IMG/VR virus record: IMGVR_UViG_3300027969_002497
Span: 1,034 to 65,033 of that record
Direction: 5' to 3' (one strand)
DNA length: 64,000 nucleotides
Source: a virus
Taxonomy: Duplodnaviria; Caudoviricetes
Under the pieces are notes generated by a model. That model saw only the letters and a list, made by a program, of their open reading frames with translations, was not told where the DNA came from and did not search any database. Below, in pieces: positions 56,850 to 64,000 of this stretch (position 1 is the first letter of the stretch; every line of letters begins with the position of its first letter). Made by a program: the position numbers and the translations under genes.

Positions 56850-57281
56850 ATGACTGACAAACTCAATAATAGCGATGTTACAACAAAATTGCAAGGGCTA
56901 TCATTAATTATTTTTGGTGAGCCAGCTTCTAAAGCAAATTCTCGGAGGGTTGTACGCTACGGTGGTATGTCTAGACTGATTAAGTCTAAGAAAGCATTAA
57001 GTTACGCTGATGTGTTTTTGCAACAGTGCCCAGTGTTTCCTACACTACTGACTGGTGACTTGAAAATTACTCTCCGTATTTACTATGCGTCAAGGCGACC
57101 CGACTTGGACGAGTCTCTTATATTAGATCTGCTACAGGGTAGGGTGTATGTGAACGACCGCCAAGTAAAAGAGCGTCATTGCTACTGGGGGTTGGATCCT
57201 GAGCACCCACGTACTGAGATGGTTGTCGAGCAGATCGCAGAGGTAGCCCCAAAAAAAAACCCCACCAAGCGAACTCGATGA
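56850..57281 (+). CDS. rusA: RusA-like Holliday junction resolvase (start may be TTG at 56889)
   Basis: GEPASKAN, RRPDLD, D.LQG.VY.NDRQV, PRTE. Confidence 0.8.
   Translation: MTDKLNNSDVTTKLQGLSLIIFGEPASKANSRRVVRYGGMSRLIKSKKALSYADVFLQQCPVFPTLLTGDLKITLRIYYASRRPDLDESLILDLLQGRVYVNDRQVKERHCYWGLDPEHPRTEMVVEQIAEVAPKKNPTKRTR
56866..56894 (-). promoter_or_regulatory. sigma70-like promoter for the recombination operon
   Basis: Minus strand TTGCAA-17 bp-TATTAT. Confidence 0.6.
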
Positions 57282-57584
57282 GGTTTAAACCCGAAGCGGC
57301 AACTGCGGGGAGGAGAGATGTCAAATTGTACCACCGTGCATCAACTGATGTCTATAGACATCCATAGAGTTCCACAGAAGTCCAAGTAGTCTGCACGCAC
57401 TCTACCAGCCGAGCCTTATAGGTACGTCTTGGCGGGTGTGTTTAAACGTTGCGCAGCAGCCCCGGCGTGCTGGTTTCTGTTTAAACATCGCGGCAGCCAG
57501 AATACCACCGGGAAGTAAAACACAGCTGTAGGTTGTGTGTAAACATCTGCGCAGCCGCTGCTAAAAATATTTTTTGCATTGCTT

Positions 57585-57613
57585 AACACAACCTGATAAG
57601 TTGTGTTTATAAT
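57585..57613 (+). promoter_or_regulatory. Inverted-repeat operator next to a -10 box
   Basis: AACACAAC-N7-GTTGTGTT directly followed by TATAAT. Confidence 0.5.
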
Positions 57614-57619
57614 TAAATC

Positions 57620-58090
57620 GTTGCTGTAGGAGGTAACAAGGTTAAAGCCATTTACACATGCGTTCCGCTTTACCTAATATTCAGTAGTGGTATTAGGCAA
57701 GGCTCCTACCGGACGCAGTTGTAAGTGGCTTTTTCTTTTTCGGGACTAGGACTGTGCAATGGGTTAGCGCCATTGTGGACTTCCTTTCTATGTTTTGAAA
57801 CACACTGCTTTATGTGAGCAGTTCTAGTTCCTCCCCCTCCTACGACAACCGTACTCCAGACGTTACTAAGGGGTAGAAATCTGCCTGCGTGGAAGCAAAG
57901 GGTTACGTGGTATGCGCAAGCTAGGGGGCAGTTCCCGAATAATCCACGGTGCTGGTCGTATCTGCAAGCATAGGGGTCAGCTAACGCTGACATGCAGAAG
58001 CCGTAAGGCGGTTGAAACCATCCCTCTCTACTCTCATGGGGTAGGGGGGTCTATGGGTTGAAATTAACATAAGCCCCCCAAGGGGCGATA
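57620..58090 (+). ncRNA. Long structured non-coding leader (c4/CI-like switch plus further domains)
   Basis: Multiple long stems, U-tract at 57730-57740, GTAGGAG/CTCCTAC complementarity; no convincing + strand ORF. Confidence 0.55.
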
Positions 58091-58100
58091 AGGAGAGAAG

Positions 58101-58484
58101 ATGCGTAGCAAGATCGCAGTCGGCAAAACCATCGCAGGGTTTGCTTACACGGTGTCAAAAAATCACAACGGTGATGGAAATGAACGGGTGCTTATTGACA
58201 CGTTTGCCAAAACCCAAACAAAAGCCAAGGCTAAATTAGTTAACAGCAAAAGATATTTTTACAGTAAAGAGTATTCGAAGTACAGATTGTTTTCGGTGCA
58301 TTTGTCTGTGATGCGTGAGCTAGAACTAAATTTGGATGATGGGATGGAAGGCTTTCCGTGCCTTGATGATGACGAAGACTATGAGCCGCCAGTCAAGACA
58401 ATTAACGGTCGGATTGTGATTGAAGATCCGTTTGATTTAAAGAACCCAGCCACCACAACACGTAGGAAAAACAATGTACGTTAG
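58101..58484 (+). CDS. Hypothetical protein
   Basis: RBS AAGGAG, 127 aa. Confidence 0.65.
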   Translation: MRSKIAVGKTIAGFAYTVSKNHNGDGNERVLIDTFAKTQTKAKAKLVNSKRYFYSKEYSKYRLFSVHLSVMRELELNLDDGMEGFPCLDDDEDYEPPVKTINGRIVIEDPFDLKNPATTTRRKNNVR

Positions 58485-58650
58485 AAAGGTTAGAGGCCAA
58501 AACAAAGTCGGGCGCATCATCATGACTGCGACTGAAGCTCAAATGGTTAGAAAAATAGGCATGCCGCTAGAGACCTACGTTAAAAATTATCTTGCGATCA
58601 TTGCAAAACAACGCAGATGGAAATGGTATTTCAAAAAGGGGAGCAAATGA
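58474..58650 (+). CDS. Small hypothetical protein
   Basis: Manual translation MYVRKVRGQNKVG...RRWKWY. Confidence 0.55.
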   Translation: MYVRKVRGQNKVGRIIMTATEAQMVRKIGMPLETYVKNYLAIIAKQRRWKWYFKKGSK

Positions 58651-58895
58651 CTGACATGGAAATACTTCAGATCGCAGATCAGTGCGGGGTTGTTGCAGTT
58701 ACCAAGCATGAATGGGATGGCAGACGATTCAATCATACTGATGATTATTTGGACGGTGATGGGGCGGCTTTAGTTATCTTTGCCAATTTAATAGCACAGC
58801 ATGAGCGTGAGGCGTGTGCAAAGGTGTGTGAAGACAGTGTGGAATACGCTGGCGATACTTTGGCTCAAGCCATCCGAGCAAGGAACAAAGCATGA
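58647..58895 (+). CDS. Mosaic small protein (EREACAK family)
   Basis: FANLIAQHEREACAKVC...AIRAR. Confidence 0.65.
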   Translation: MTDMEILQIADQCGVVAVTKHEWDGRRFNHTDDYLDGDGAALVIFANLIAQHEREACAKVCEDSVEYAGDTLAQAIRARNKA

Positions 58896-59035
58896 ACGAA
58901 GAACAAGATAGTGCCACGCTTTTCCGAGGTTTGTTTGTATGTATTGGAAGTTATTTAATTGGCAGTGAATACGGCTCAGCCCTTGGTTGGGGTGTGTGGT
59001 TCATTGCTATGTCCATGAATTAATGAGAAGAACAC

Positions 59036-59227
59036 ATGACCCAAGATGAAATCATCCCTTTACACATAGAAGACGAGTATGTTCGCAATTATTTGTGGGA
59101 GCGGGCGTTAATTGCCATTGATGACCCTTGTTGCCGCAGTCATCCCCACGAAAACATGAACGAATACTGCCAGCACAGAACTGAATTAGCGCGGTATCAA
59201 GCCAAACTCTTGGAGAAGAACACATGA
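59036..59227 (+). CDS. Mosaic small protein
   Basis: CCRSHPHE.M...C; flanked by a 16-bp direct repeat. Confidence 0.6.
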   Translation: MTQDEIIPLHIEDEYVRNYLWERALIAIDDPCCRSHPHENMNEYCQHRTELARYQAKLLEKNT

Positions 59228-59469
59228 CAAATGATGAAATCATTCAGATAGCTAGACGGTCATATAAAAGCTGTGAACACATACCCAATGTGAAAATTCC
59301 ACCAGAATTTATCGAACGCTTTGCCAAGCTAGTAGAACAACAGGCGAAAGCGGAAGAGCGTGAGGCGTGTGCGAAGTTGTGTGACCTCATGGCTGTACGC
59401 TATGAAGATATGCGAGGTGCGGCATTGGAATCAGCCGCAGATAGCATTAGATTAAGGGGGAAAGCATGA
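59224..59469 (+). CDS. Mosaic small protein (EREACAK family)
   Basis: ERFAKLV...EREACAKLC...IRLRG. Confidence 0.65.
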   Translation: MTNDEIIQIARRSYKSCEHIPNVKIPPEFIERFAKLVEQQAKAEEREACAKLCDLMAVRYEDMRGAALESAADSIRLRGKA

Positions 59470-59669
59470 AGCAACGTGTTTACACGGTCGGTGTCGGTGA
59501 TCAGGTCAGACTGGTCAGGGCATCCAACCGCAGACAAGCGATAGCGCATGTTTCAACAGGCCTGATGACAATCAGAGTCGCAACACAGGAAGATATTATT
59601 AACCAACTGGACAAAGGAGTACCAATAGAAAACTATACACCGCCCGAGCAGATTGAGTTAGAACTTTAA
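59466..59669 (+). CDS. Hypothetical protein
   Basis: RLVRA....QAI.HV...VATQ. Confidence 0.65.
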   Translation: MKQRVYTVGVGDQVRLVRASNRRQAIAHVSTGLMTIRVATQEDIINQLDKGVPIENYTPPEQIELEL

Positions 59670-59690
59670 TATTAAAACAGGAGAGAAAAC

Positions 59691-59987
59691 ATGGACATTA
59701 AAAAACTATTTCGCAGAGATTCCCGTCAAACATCAATAGAAGCGGCAATAAGTATTGTGCCGGCATTGACTGACATTCAGAACGCAGTCTTGGCCTACGC
59801 CAAAAGCAGACCTACTGGCTTCACCGATGATGAGCTTAGCCGGCATTTCCTAAGCTACGGCTCGACATACCGTACCCGCAGGGCTGAGCTAACAGCTAAA
59901 AATTTAATCGTGGATTCGGGAAAACTCGCTCGACTTCCAAGCGGTCGGAATGCTACAGTTTGGGTTTTAGCCTACTACGTGGAGTGA
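59691..59987 (+). CDS. Winged-HTH protein (putative)
   Basis: TS.EAA...G.TDDEL...RTRRAEL...I.DSG...SGR.A.VW. Confidence 0.65.
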   Translation: MDIKKLFRRDSRQTSIEAAISIVPALTDIQNAVLAYAKSRPTGFTDDELSRHFLSYGSTYRTRRAELTAKNLIVDSGKLARLPSGRNATVWVLAYYVE

Positions 59988-59989
59988 TC

Positions 59990-60229
59990 ATGACCCGCAA
60001 TTACAAACAAGAATACACAACGCAGAAAGAACGTGGCGAACACGAGAACCGCATGGAGCGGCAACGTGCTAGGCGTAAGCTTGACGCAAAGGGAGTGACC
60101 CGTCACGGTAAAGACGTTGCCCACGTGAAGGCGCTCAGTAAAGGTGGTTCAAACGCAGATGGAATCAAACTGCAGTCCCCCAGCAAGAACCGCTCGTTTA
60201 AACGAACTTCATCAGGCGCGATGAAATGA
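59990..60229 (+). CDS. Small HNH-like protein
   Basis: RNYK.EY...GKDVAH.KALSKGGSN...KNRS. Confidence 0.65.
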   Translation: MTRNYKQEYTTQKERGEHENRMERQRARRKLDAKGVTRHGKDVAHVKALSKGGSNADGIKLQSPSKNRSFKRTSSGAMK

Positions 60230-61911
60230 ACGCTGAATTTGTGGATCAGTTCCACTTCAACGAATCTACTCGGGTAGCTTGCCCGTACTGCTCTCAGGAG
60301 CGAAGCAAAACAACACAAAAAGACATGACGCTGACGCGCAAAGCGGATGGTGCAGTCGTATTCCATTGTCACCACTGCCAAACCAATGGCTCGGTGCAAC
60401 CTACAAAACTGGAGAGAAAATTGGCCGCAGTCCCACAAACAACAATCATCTCGCACAAGCTAGGTGATGCGCATTATGCGTACCTAGCACAGCGTGGCAT
60501 ATCAGCCGCAACCGCAGACCTCATGAAACTCTTTGCCGCTGATAAGTATTTCAGTAAGCTAGGAAGGCAGGCAGATGCGATTGGCTTCCCCTACTACCGC
60601 AACGGTGCATTGGTTGCCGCTAAGTACCGATCATTCCCCGACAAGGACTTCACACAGGACGCAGGGGGCGCTCATGATTTCTTTGGCATTGAACATGTCA
60701 TCAAGGGGGAGCCGATCATCATCGTAGAAGGTGAGATTGATTGTTTAACTGCGATTGAGTGTGGTTTAAACAACGTGGTTTCCGTTCCTGCTGGCGCTCC
60801 AATTAAGGTGGCTGATGGTAAGGTGCTTCCGTCAGAGGACAAGAGATTTGCCTTTGTATGGAATGCCCGTGAGGTACTCGATGCCGCCCCATATGTGATC
60901 CTTGCAACCGATCAGGACACAGCAGGGCAAGCCCTCGCAGAGGAATTGGCTAGGCGTATTGGTAAGGAGAAGTGCAGGCTCGCCAAGTTCAGTCAGAAGG
61001 ATTTAAATGAGGTGCACCTGAGTGACCCGTCTCGGACGGGACACGTACAGGCGATCATCGACTCCGCCACACCGTACCCTATCAGCGGAATTTCTGACGC
61101 AGCTACGTACTATGACCGTTTAAACGACTTGTACTCGAAGGGGACGGGGAAGGGGTTCTCAACAGGGTATCAGTCGGTCGATGAAATTTATACAGTCGCA
61201 CCCGCACAACTCACAGTGGTGACAGGCTACCCGTCATCGGGTAAGTCAAACTTCATTGATCAGGTGATGGTCAACCTAGCTCGTGCGCATGACTGGAAGT
61301 TTGCGGTCTGCTCATTTGAGAATCAGCCTGAGATCCACATCAGCCGACTGATGGAAATCTACACACGCAAGCGCTTCTTTGAGGGCAGGGATCGTATGGC
61401 TGAGAGCGAGAAGGAGGAGGCGTTTAAATTCGTTAAGGAGCACTTCCTGTTCATCGATACAAACGGGGAGGAGCCAAGCACCTTGGACTCGATCCTTGAG
61501 CGGGCACGTGCGGCTGTGAAGCGGATGGGTGTACGGGGGCTGATCATTGACCCGTATAACTACATTGAACTGCCACGCAGTGAGGGCACTGAGACAGCGG
61601 CAATCAGCGACATGCTGACCCGTGTGCAGAAGTTCTGCAAGGCACATGATGTGCATACGTGGTTCATTGCGCACCCCTCTAAGATTACCCGTCAAGGCGT
61701 GGAACAGCCCCGCCCTGATGGGATGTCCATCGCAGGCTCAATGGCTTGGTGGGCAAAAACGGATTGCGGTCTCACCGTGCACCGAAAGGATCACCACGTT
61801 GAAATCGCAGTATGGAAGTGTCGCTACAGATGGGTAGGGACACAAGGTGAAACAACGATGCTCTACAACAAAACAGCGGGCACATATTCGGAGAACTTAG
61901 ATGCATTCTGA
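60226..61911 (+). CDS. Twinkle/T7 gp4-type primase-helicase
   Basis: Zn finger CPYC...CHHC, TOPRIM EGEID and ATDQD, Walker A GYPSSGKS, IIDPYN, AHPSK. Confidence 0.92.
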   Translation: MNAEFVDQFHFNESTRVACPYCSQERSKTTQKDMTLTRKADGAVVFHCHHCQTNGSVQPTKLERKLAAVPQTTIISHKLGDAHYAYLAQRGISAATADLMKLFAADKYFSKLGRQADAIGFPYYRNGALVAAKYRSFPDKDFTQDAGGAHDFFGIEHVIKGEPIIIVEGEIDCLTAIECGLNNVVSVPAGAPIKVADGKVLPSEDKRFAFVWNAREVLDAAPYVILATDQDTAGQALAEELARRIGKEKCRLAKFSQKDLNEVHLSDPSRTGHVQAIIDSATPYPISGISDAATYYDRLNDLYSKGTGKGFSTGYQSVDEIYTVAPAQLTVVTGYPSSGKSNFIDQVMVNLARAHDWKFAVCSFENQPEIHISRLMEIYTRKRFFEGRDRMAESEKEEAFKFVKEHFLFIDTNGEEPSTLDSILERARAAVKRMGVRGLIIDPYNYIELPRSEGTETAAISDMLTRVQKFCKAHDVHTWFIAHPSKITRQGVEQPRPDGMSIAGSMAWWAKTDCGLTVHRKDHHVEIAVWKCRYRWVGTQGETTMLYNKTAGTYSENLDAF

Positions 61912-62236
61912 CAGTTTAAACAACCAACCAGCAGGCTCACCAAATGAGCCAGCACAGATCCCAGCAACGCGTTTAAACAAGCGTGAAGAAATTGCTGAGT
62001 GTTACGATGAGGGTATGCTTTTTTTAAGCGAACCCGAATACGATGAGGCCATCCTTGGGGTGGCTCGAAGGTTTGGACAGGAGGAGGCCGTTGCCTATGA
62101 CGCAGACAAGGTCTATGGGATCATTGGCAAACTTCTAGACACAGATGACATCACAGTCATCTATGACTACTTTCAGTACAACATCATTGGCGCTTATGTG
62201 GGTGAGCGAACACCCGTATTCGTAGATGTTGTTTAA
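61901..62236 (+). CDS. Conserved hypothetical protein
   Basis: DEAILG...AYD...YF.YNIIGAYVGE.TPVF. Confidence 0.7.
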   Translation: MHSDSLNNQPAGSPNEPAQIPATRLNKREEIAECYDEGMLFLSEPEYDEAILGVARRFGQEEAVAYDADKVYGIIGKLLDTDDITVIYDYFQYNIIGAYVGERTPVFVDVV

Positions 62237-62303
62237 ACGTTCCGCCGGCAGCCAGAAACAAAATCCTGCTGCGGCGTACTGTTTAAACGCATTTTTATAG
62301 GCC

Positions 62304-62332
62304 AAAAAAAAGGGAGCGTAATGCTCCCTTTT
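62304..62332. terminator. Bidirectional terminator between convergent operons
   Basis: AAAAAAAAGGGAGC-GTAAT-GCTCCCTTTT. Confidence 0.8.
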
Positions 62333-62571
62333 CAATCCTTGATTCTCGCTTGATGTACTGCTAGGTGCATGACCTTGTGTCGGCCACACAGTCGCGGGTA
62401 TCGGTACTCATCCAGTCTATGGACTGACCAAACCCCGTTGTGGTAGGTGATGTATCGCTCTCCGATGGGTATGAATCTCTCATGGTTTACAAGCTCCAGT
62501 AAGTGGTCATGGGCATAGGCCTTTTTGAGGAAGTCGGGTGCATGGTGCGTCACAGTCTTAACTTTACGCAT
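62332..62571 (-). CDS. Hypothetical early protein
   Basis: 79 aa, coupled. Confidence 0.55.
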   Translation of the reverse strand: MRKVKTVTHHAPDFLKKAYAHDHLLELVNHERFIPIGERYITYHNGVWSVHRLDEYRYPRLCGRHKVMHLAVHQARIKD

Positions 62572-62810
62572 CAGTGCACCTCATCGCTCGATGGACGCAT
62601 GAAGCGCTCCATGTCGTAGGTAGCCGCCACAGCAGACAGCAACTCATCCTTGTCGTAGTCCTCATGCACGGCAAGGCATACAGCCGCCTTGAACAGGACA
62701 CCAAGCAGTGACTCAGGATCCAGTTCAGAGCGTTGCATGACCTCGACAATCTCTGCATAGCTTGCGCTAAGGCGCTTGACCTCCTCCTCACTCAGTTGTC
62801 TGACTTTCAT
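62571..62810 (-). CDS. Hypothetical early protein
   Basis: 79 aa, coupled. Confidence 0.6.
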   Translation of the reverse strand: MKVRQLSEEEVKRLSASYAEIVEVMQRSELDPESLLGVLFKAAVCLAVHEDYDKDELLSAVAATYDMERFMRPSSDEVH

Positions 62811-63048
62811 CGCTTTTCTCCATGTATCGGACTAAGGCCTGAGCCTGCTCATTGCCGTGCATTTTAAGAATGATCTCGTACATCTGCGGGGCAATGGCGA
62901 TCAGTCGGGCATTCGCCCGTTGGGTGGCTACAGGTAGATTTTTGTTGACGCATGATCCAACTTGAGGTTGCCCGTGCTCATTCTCATAGCCCCATACAGT
63001 AGCGCTGTGCGCAGTCCAAGGGTGCGGTGTAATGTGTTTAAACATCAT
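62788..63048 (-). CDS. Hypothetical early protein
   Basis: TP.PW...ANARLIA.AP.MYE motif common in phage early proteins. Confidence 0.65.
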   Translation of the reverse strand: MMFKHITPHPWTAHSATVWGYENEHGQPQVGSCVNKNLPVATQRANARLIAIAPQMYEIILKMHGNEQAQALVRYMEKSDESQTTE

Positions 63049-63137
63049 GGCCTCCAGTAAAACAAATCAAGCAGTAAAACAATTGCACCGATCAGGAACA
63101 CGGCACGTTCTATTTTTTCCCATAGTGTGTGGTTCAT
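63045..63137 (-). CDS. Small membrane peptide
   Basis: Manual translation MNHTLWEKIERAVFLIGAIVLLLDLFYWRP. Confidence 0.55.
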   Translation of the reverse strand: MNHTLWEKIERAVFLIGAIVLLLDLFYWRP

Positions 63138-63364
63138 TCTTCTACCTTTCGATCACCAAACAGGCATTGAATGGCGGCATCGATGGCGTCCCAGTTGACA
63201 CCGATGTTGGCATCAAACGCATCAGCGACAAGATGCAGAACTTCAATGCATTCAGCCTCGGTTAATTCAAAGCCCCAGTAGTCCTCAAGCCGCGCCTCGA
63301 CATCCTCAACGTGCCAGTCATCGCGCAGTACCCAACCATCATGTGATTCAATCATTCGTGCCAT
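63134..63364 (-). CDS. Hypothetical early protein
   Basis: WHVEDV...LTE.EC.EVL...FDANIGVNW. Confidence 0.65.
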   Translation of the reverse strand: MARMIESHDGWVLRDDWHVEDVEARLEDYWGFELTEAECIEVLHLVADAFDANIGVNWDAIDAAIQCLFGDRKVEE

Positions 63365-63530
63365 TTTTGCTCTCCTTGTTTAAACGTGTTGATTTCAGAA
63401 TGCCCTTGGCAAACTCAATGTCGAGGGTCAGATGCTCGATCCATGAGCCATCATCGATGTAGCGGTCAGCAGACAGCACCAAGCTGTTCAGTGCCGCCCT
63501 AAGGTAGACAATCCGTTCTTGGTCAGTCAT
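63348..63530 (-). CDS. Hypothetical early protein
   Basis: 60 aa, RBS GGAGG. Confidence 0.55.
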   Translation of the reverse strand: MTDQERIVYLRAALNSLVLSADRYIDDGSWIEHLTLDIEFAKGILKSTRLNKESKNGTND

Positions 63531-63693
63531 TGGTCACCTCCATCAAGTCATAAAGTTCTGATTCACCTGATGTTTTGTAGTAAGACTCCCAAGCCTTTTC
63601 GTCAAGCAGTTGACGGGCTTGGTCTTCATTCTCAGCCTCTACTTCTACGTCCACAGCAAAGCTGATCATTACGGTTGCGGTATATGTTTTCAT
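63523..63693 (-). CDS. Small hypothetical early protein
   Basis: Manual translation MKTYTATV...VEVEAENEDQA. Confidence 0.55.
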   Translation of the reverse strand: MKTYTATVMISFAVDVEVEAENEDQARQLLDEKAWESYYKTSGESELYDLMEVTND

Positions 63694-63857
63694 TTGCTTG
63701 CTCCTCGATTAAACGATTCAATCCACTTAAGCAGTGCAAAGCTTGCTTGCTTACGGCTAAGTCCAAACCTATCCATGAGGTAAGGGGTTGCACCAAACAT
63801 GTTGATGCGGCCTGAGTCACGCAAGGCGATCAGGTATTGATTGATTTCTTCAGTCAT
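63690..63857 (-). CDS. Hypothetical early protein
   Basis: YL..LRDSG.INMFGA.PYL...FGL....A...L..W. Confidence 0.7.
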   Translation of the reverse strand: MTEEINQYLIALRDSGRINMFGATPYLMDRFGLSRKQASFALLKWIESFNRGASK

Positions 63858-63913
63858 TGTTTTCTCTCCTGCTACTGGTTTCATTTTGGTTTAACACAAG
63901 GGGGCGAACCCCC

Positions 63914-64000
63914 TCATGCGGCAAGCTTCAGCTTGTTGAACGCGACAGCGCCCATGTCTGCGAGGTTGTCAACCCGTACAGCATTCGGGTAGACGCTGTC
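63914..64000 (-). CDS. C-terminal end of a gene entering the window; probably the VWA/CobT-like gene that starts at 678
   Basis: ...DSVYPNAVRVDNLADMGAVAFNKLKLAA*, resembling a VWA domain C-terminus; followed by a GGGGG-TTCG-CCCCC hairpin. Confidence 0.55.
   Translation of the reverse strand, partial: DSVYPNAVRVDNLADMGAVAFNKLKLAA

Noticed and set aside
57247-57263. Programmed frameshift or phase variation at CCCC-A9-CCCC in rusA
   Set aside because: It lies in the last few codons after the catalytic domain, with no useful alternative frame evident.
57706-57993. 95-aa minus-strand ORF in the structured region
   Set aside because: It has no RBS or recognisable motif; G-U pairing patterns favour a plus-strand RNA structure.
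1-64000. Integrase/lysogeny module or alternative genetic code
   Set aside because: No recombinase or CI-type repressor was recognised; long genes read through intact in the standard code.

Overview
This window is a nearly complete genome of a tailed dsDNA phage (Caudoviricetes, podovirus-like layout with no tape-measure or sheath gene recognised). The gene cut off at position 1 appears to finish at the far end (63914-64000), so the window probably covers almost all of a circularly permuted genome slightly longer than 64 kb. Layout: a leftward early cluster (MoxR/CobS-type AAA+ ATPase, HEXXH/VWA-type partner, degenerate SprT-like protein, small ORFs); a long rightward virion operon (TerS, LexA-like HTH, TerL, portal, GroES-like protein, scaffold, major capsid, a glycosyltransferase, small basic proteins, adaptors, a 1868-aa repeat tail fibre, lysis genes, nozzle, probable ejection proteins, and a 3271-aa polyvalent LPD38 protein); and recombination/replication genes (Sak-like annealase, PD-(D/E)XK exonuclease, SSB-like protein, RusA, Twinkle/T7-type primase-helicase). 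No DNA polymerase or integrase was recognised. Three free-standing homing endonucleases sit in the virion operon. The most striking unexplained signals are non-coding: (1) the palindrome GTTTAAAC occurs at least 34 times (about 1 expected), is confined mostly to one half of the genome and overlaps promoters; (2) a three-copy covarying pseudoknot-like RNA element lies between stop codons and RBSs of early genes; (3) a promoter-driven tRNA-mimic RNA lies between terS and terL; (4) a ~470-nt structured, c4/CI-like switch region precedes the replication operon. All calls come from motif recognition by eye; no searches were run.
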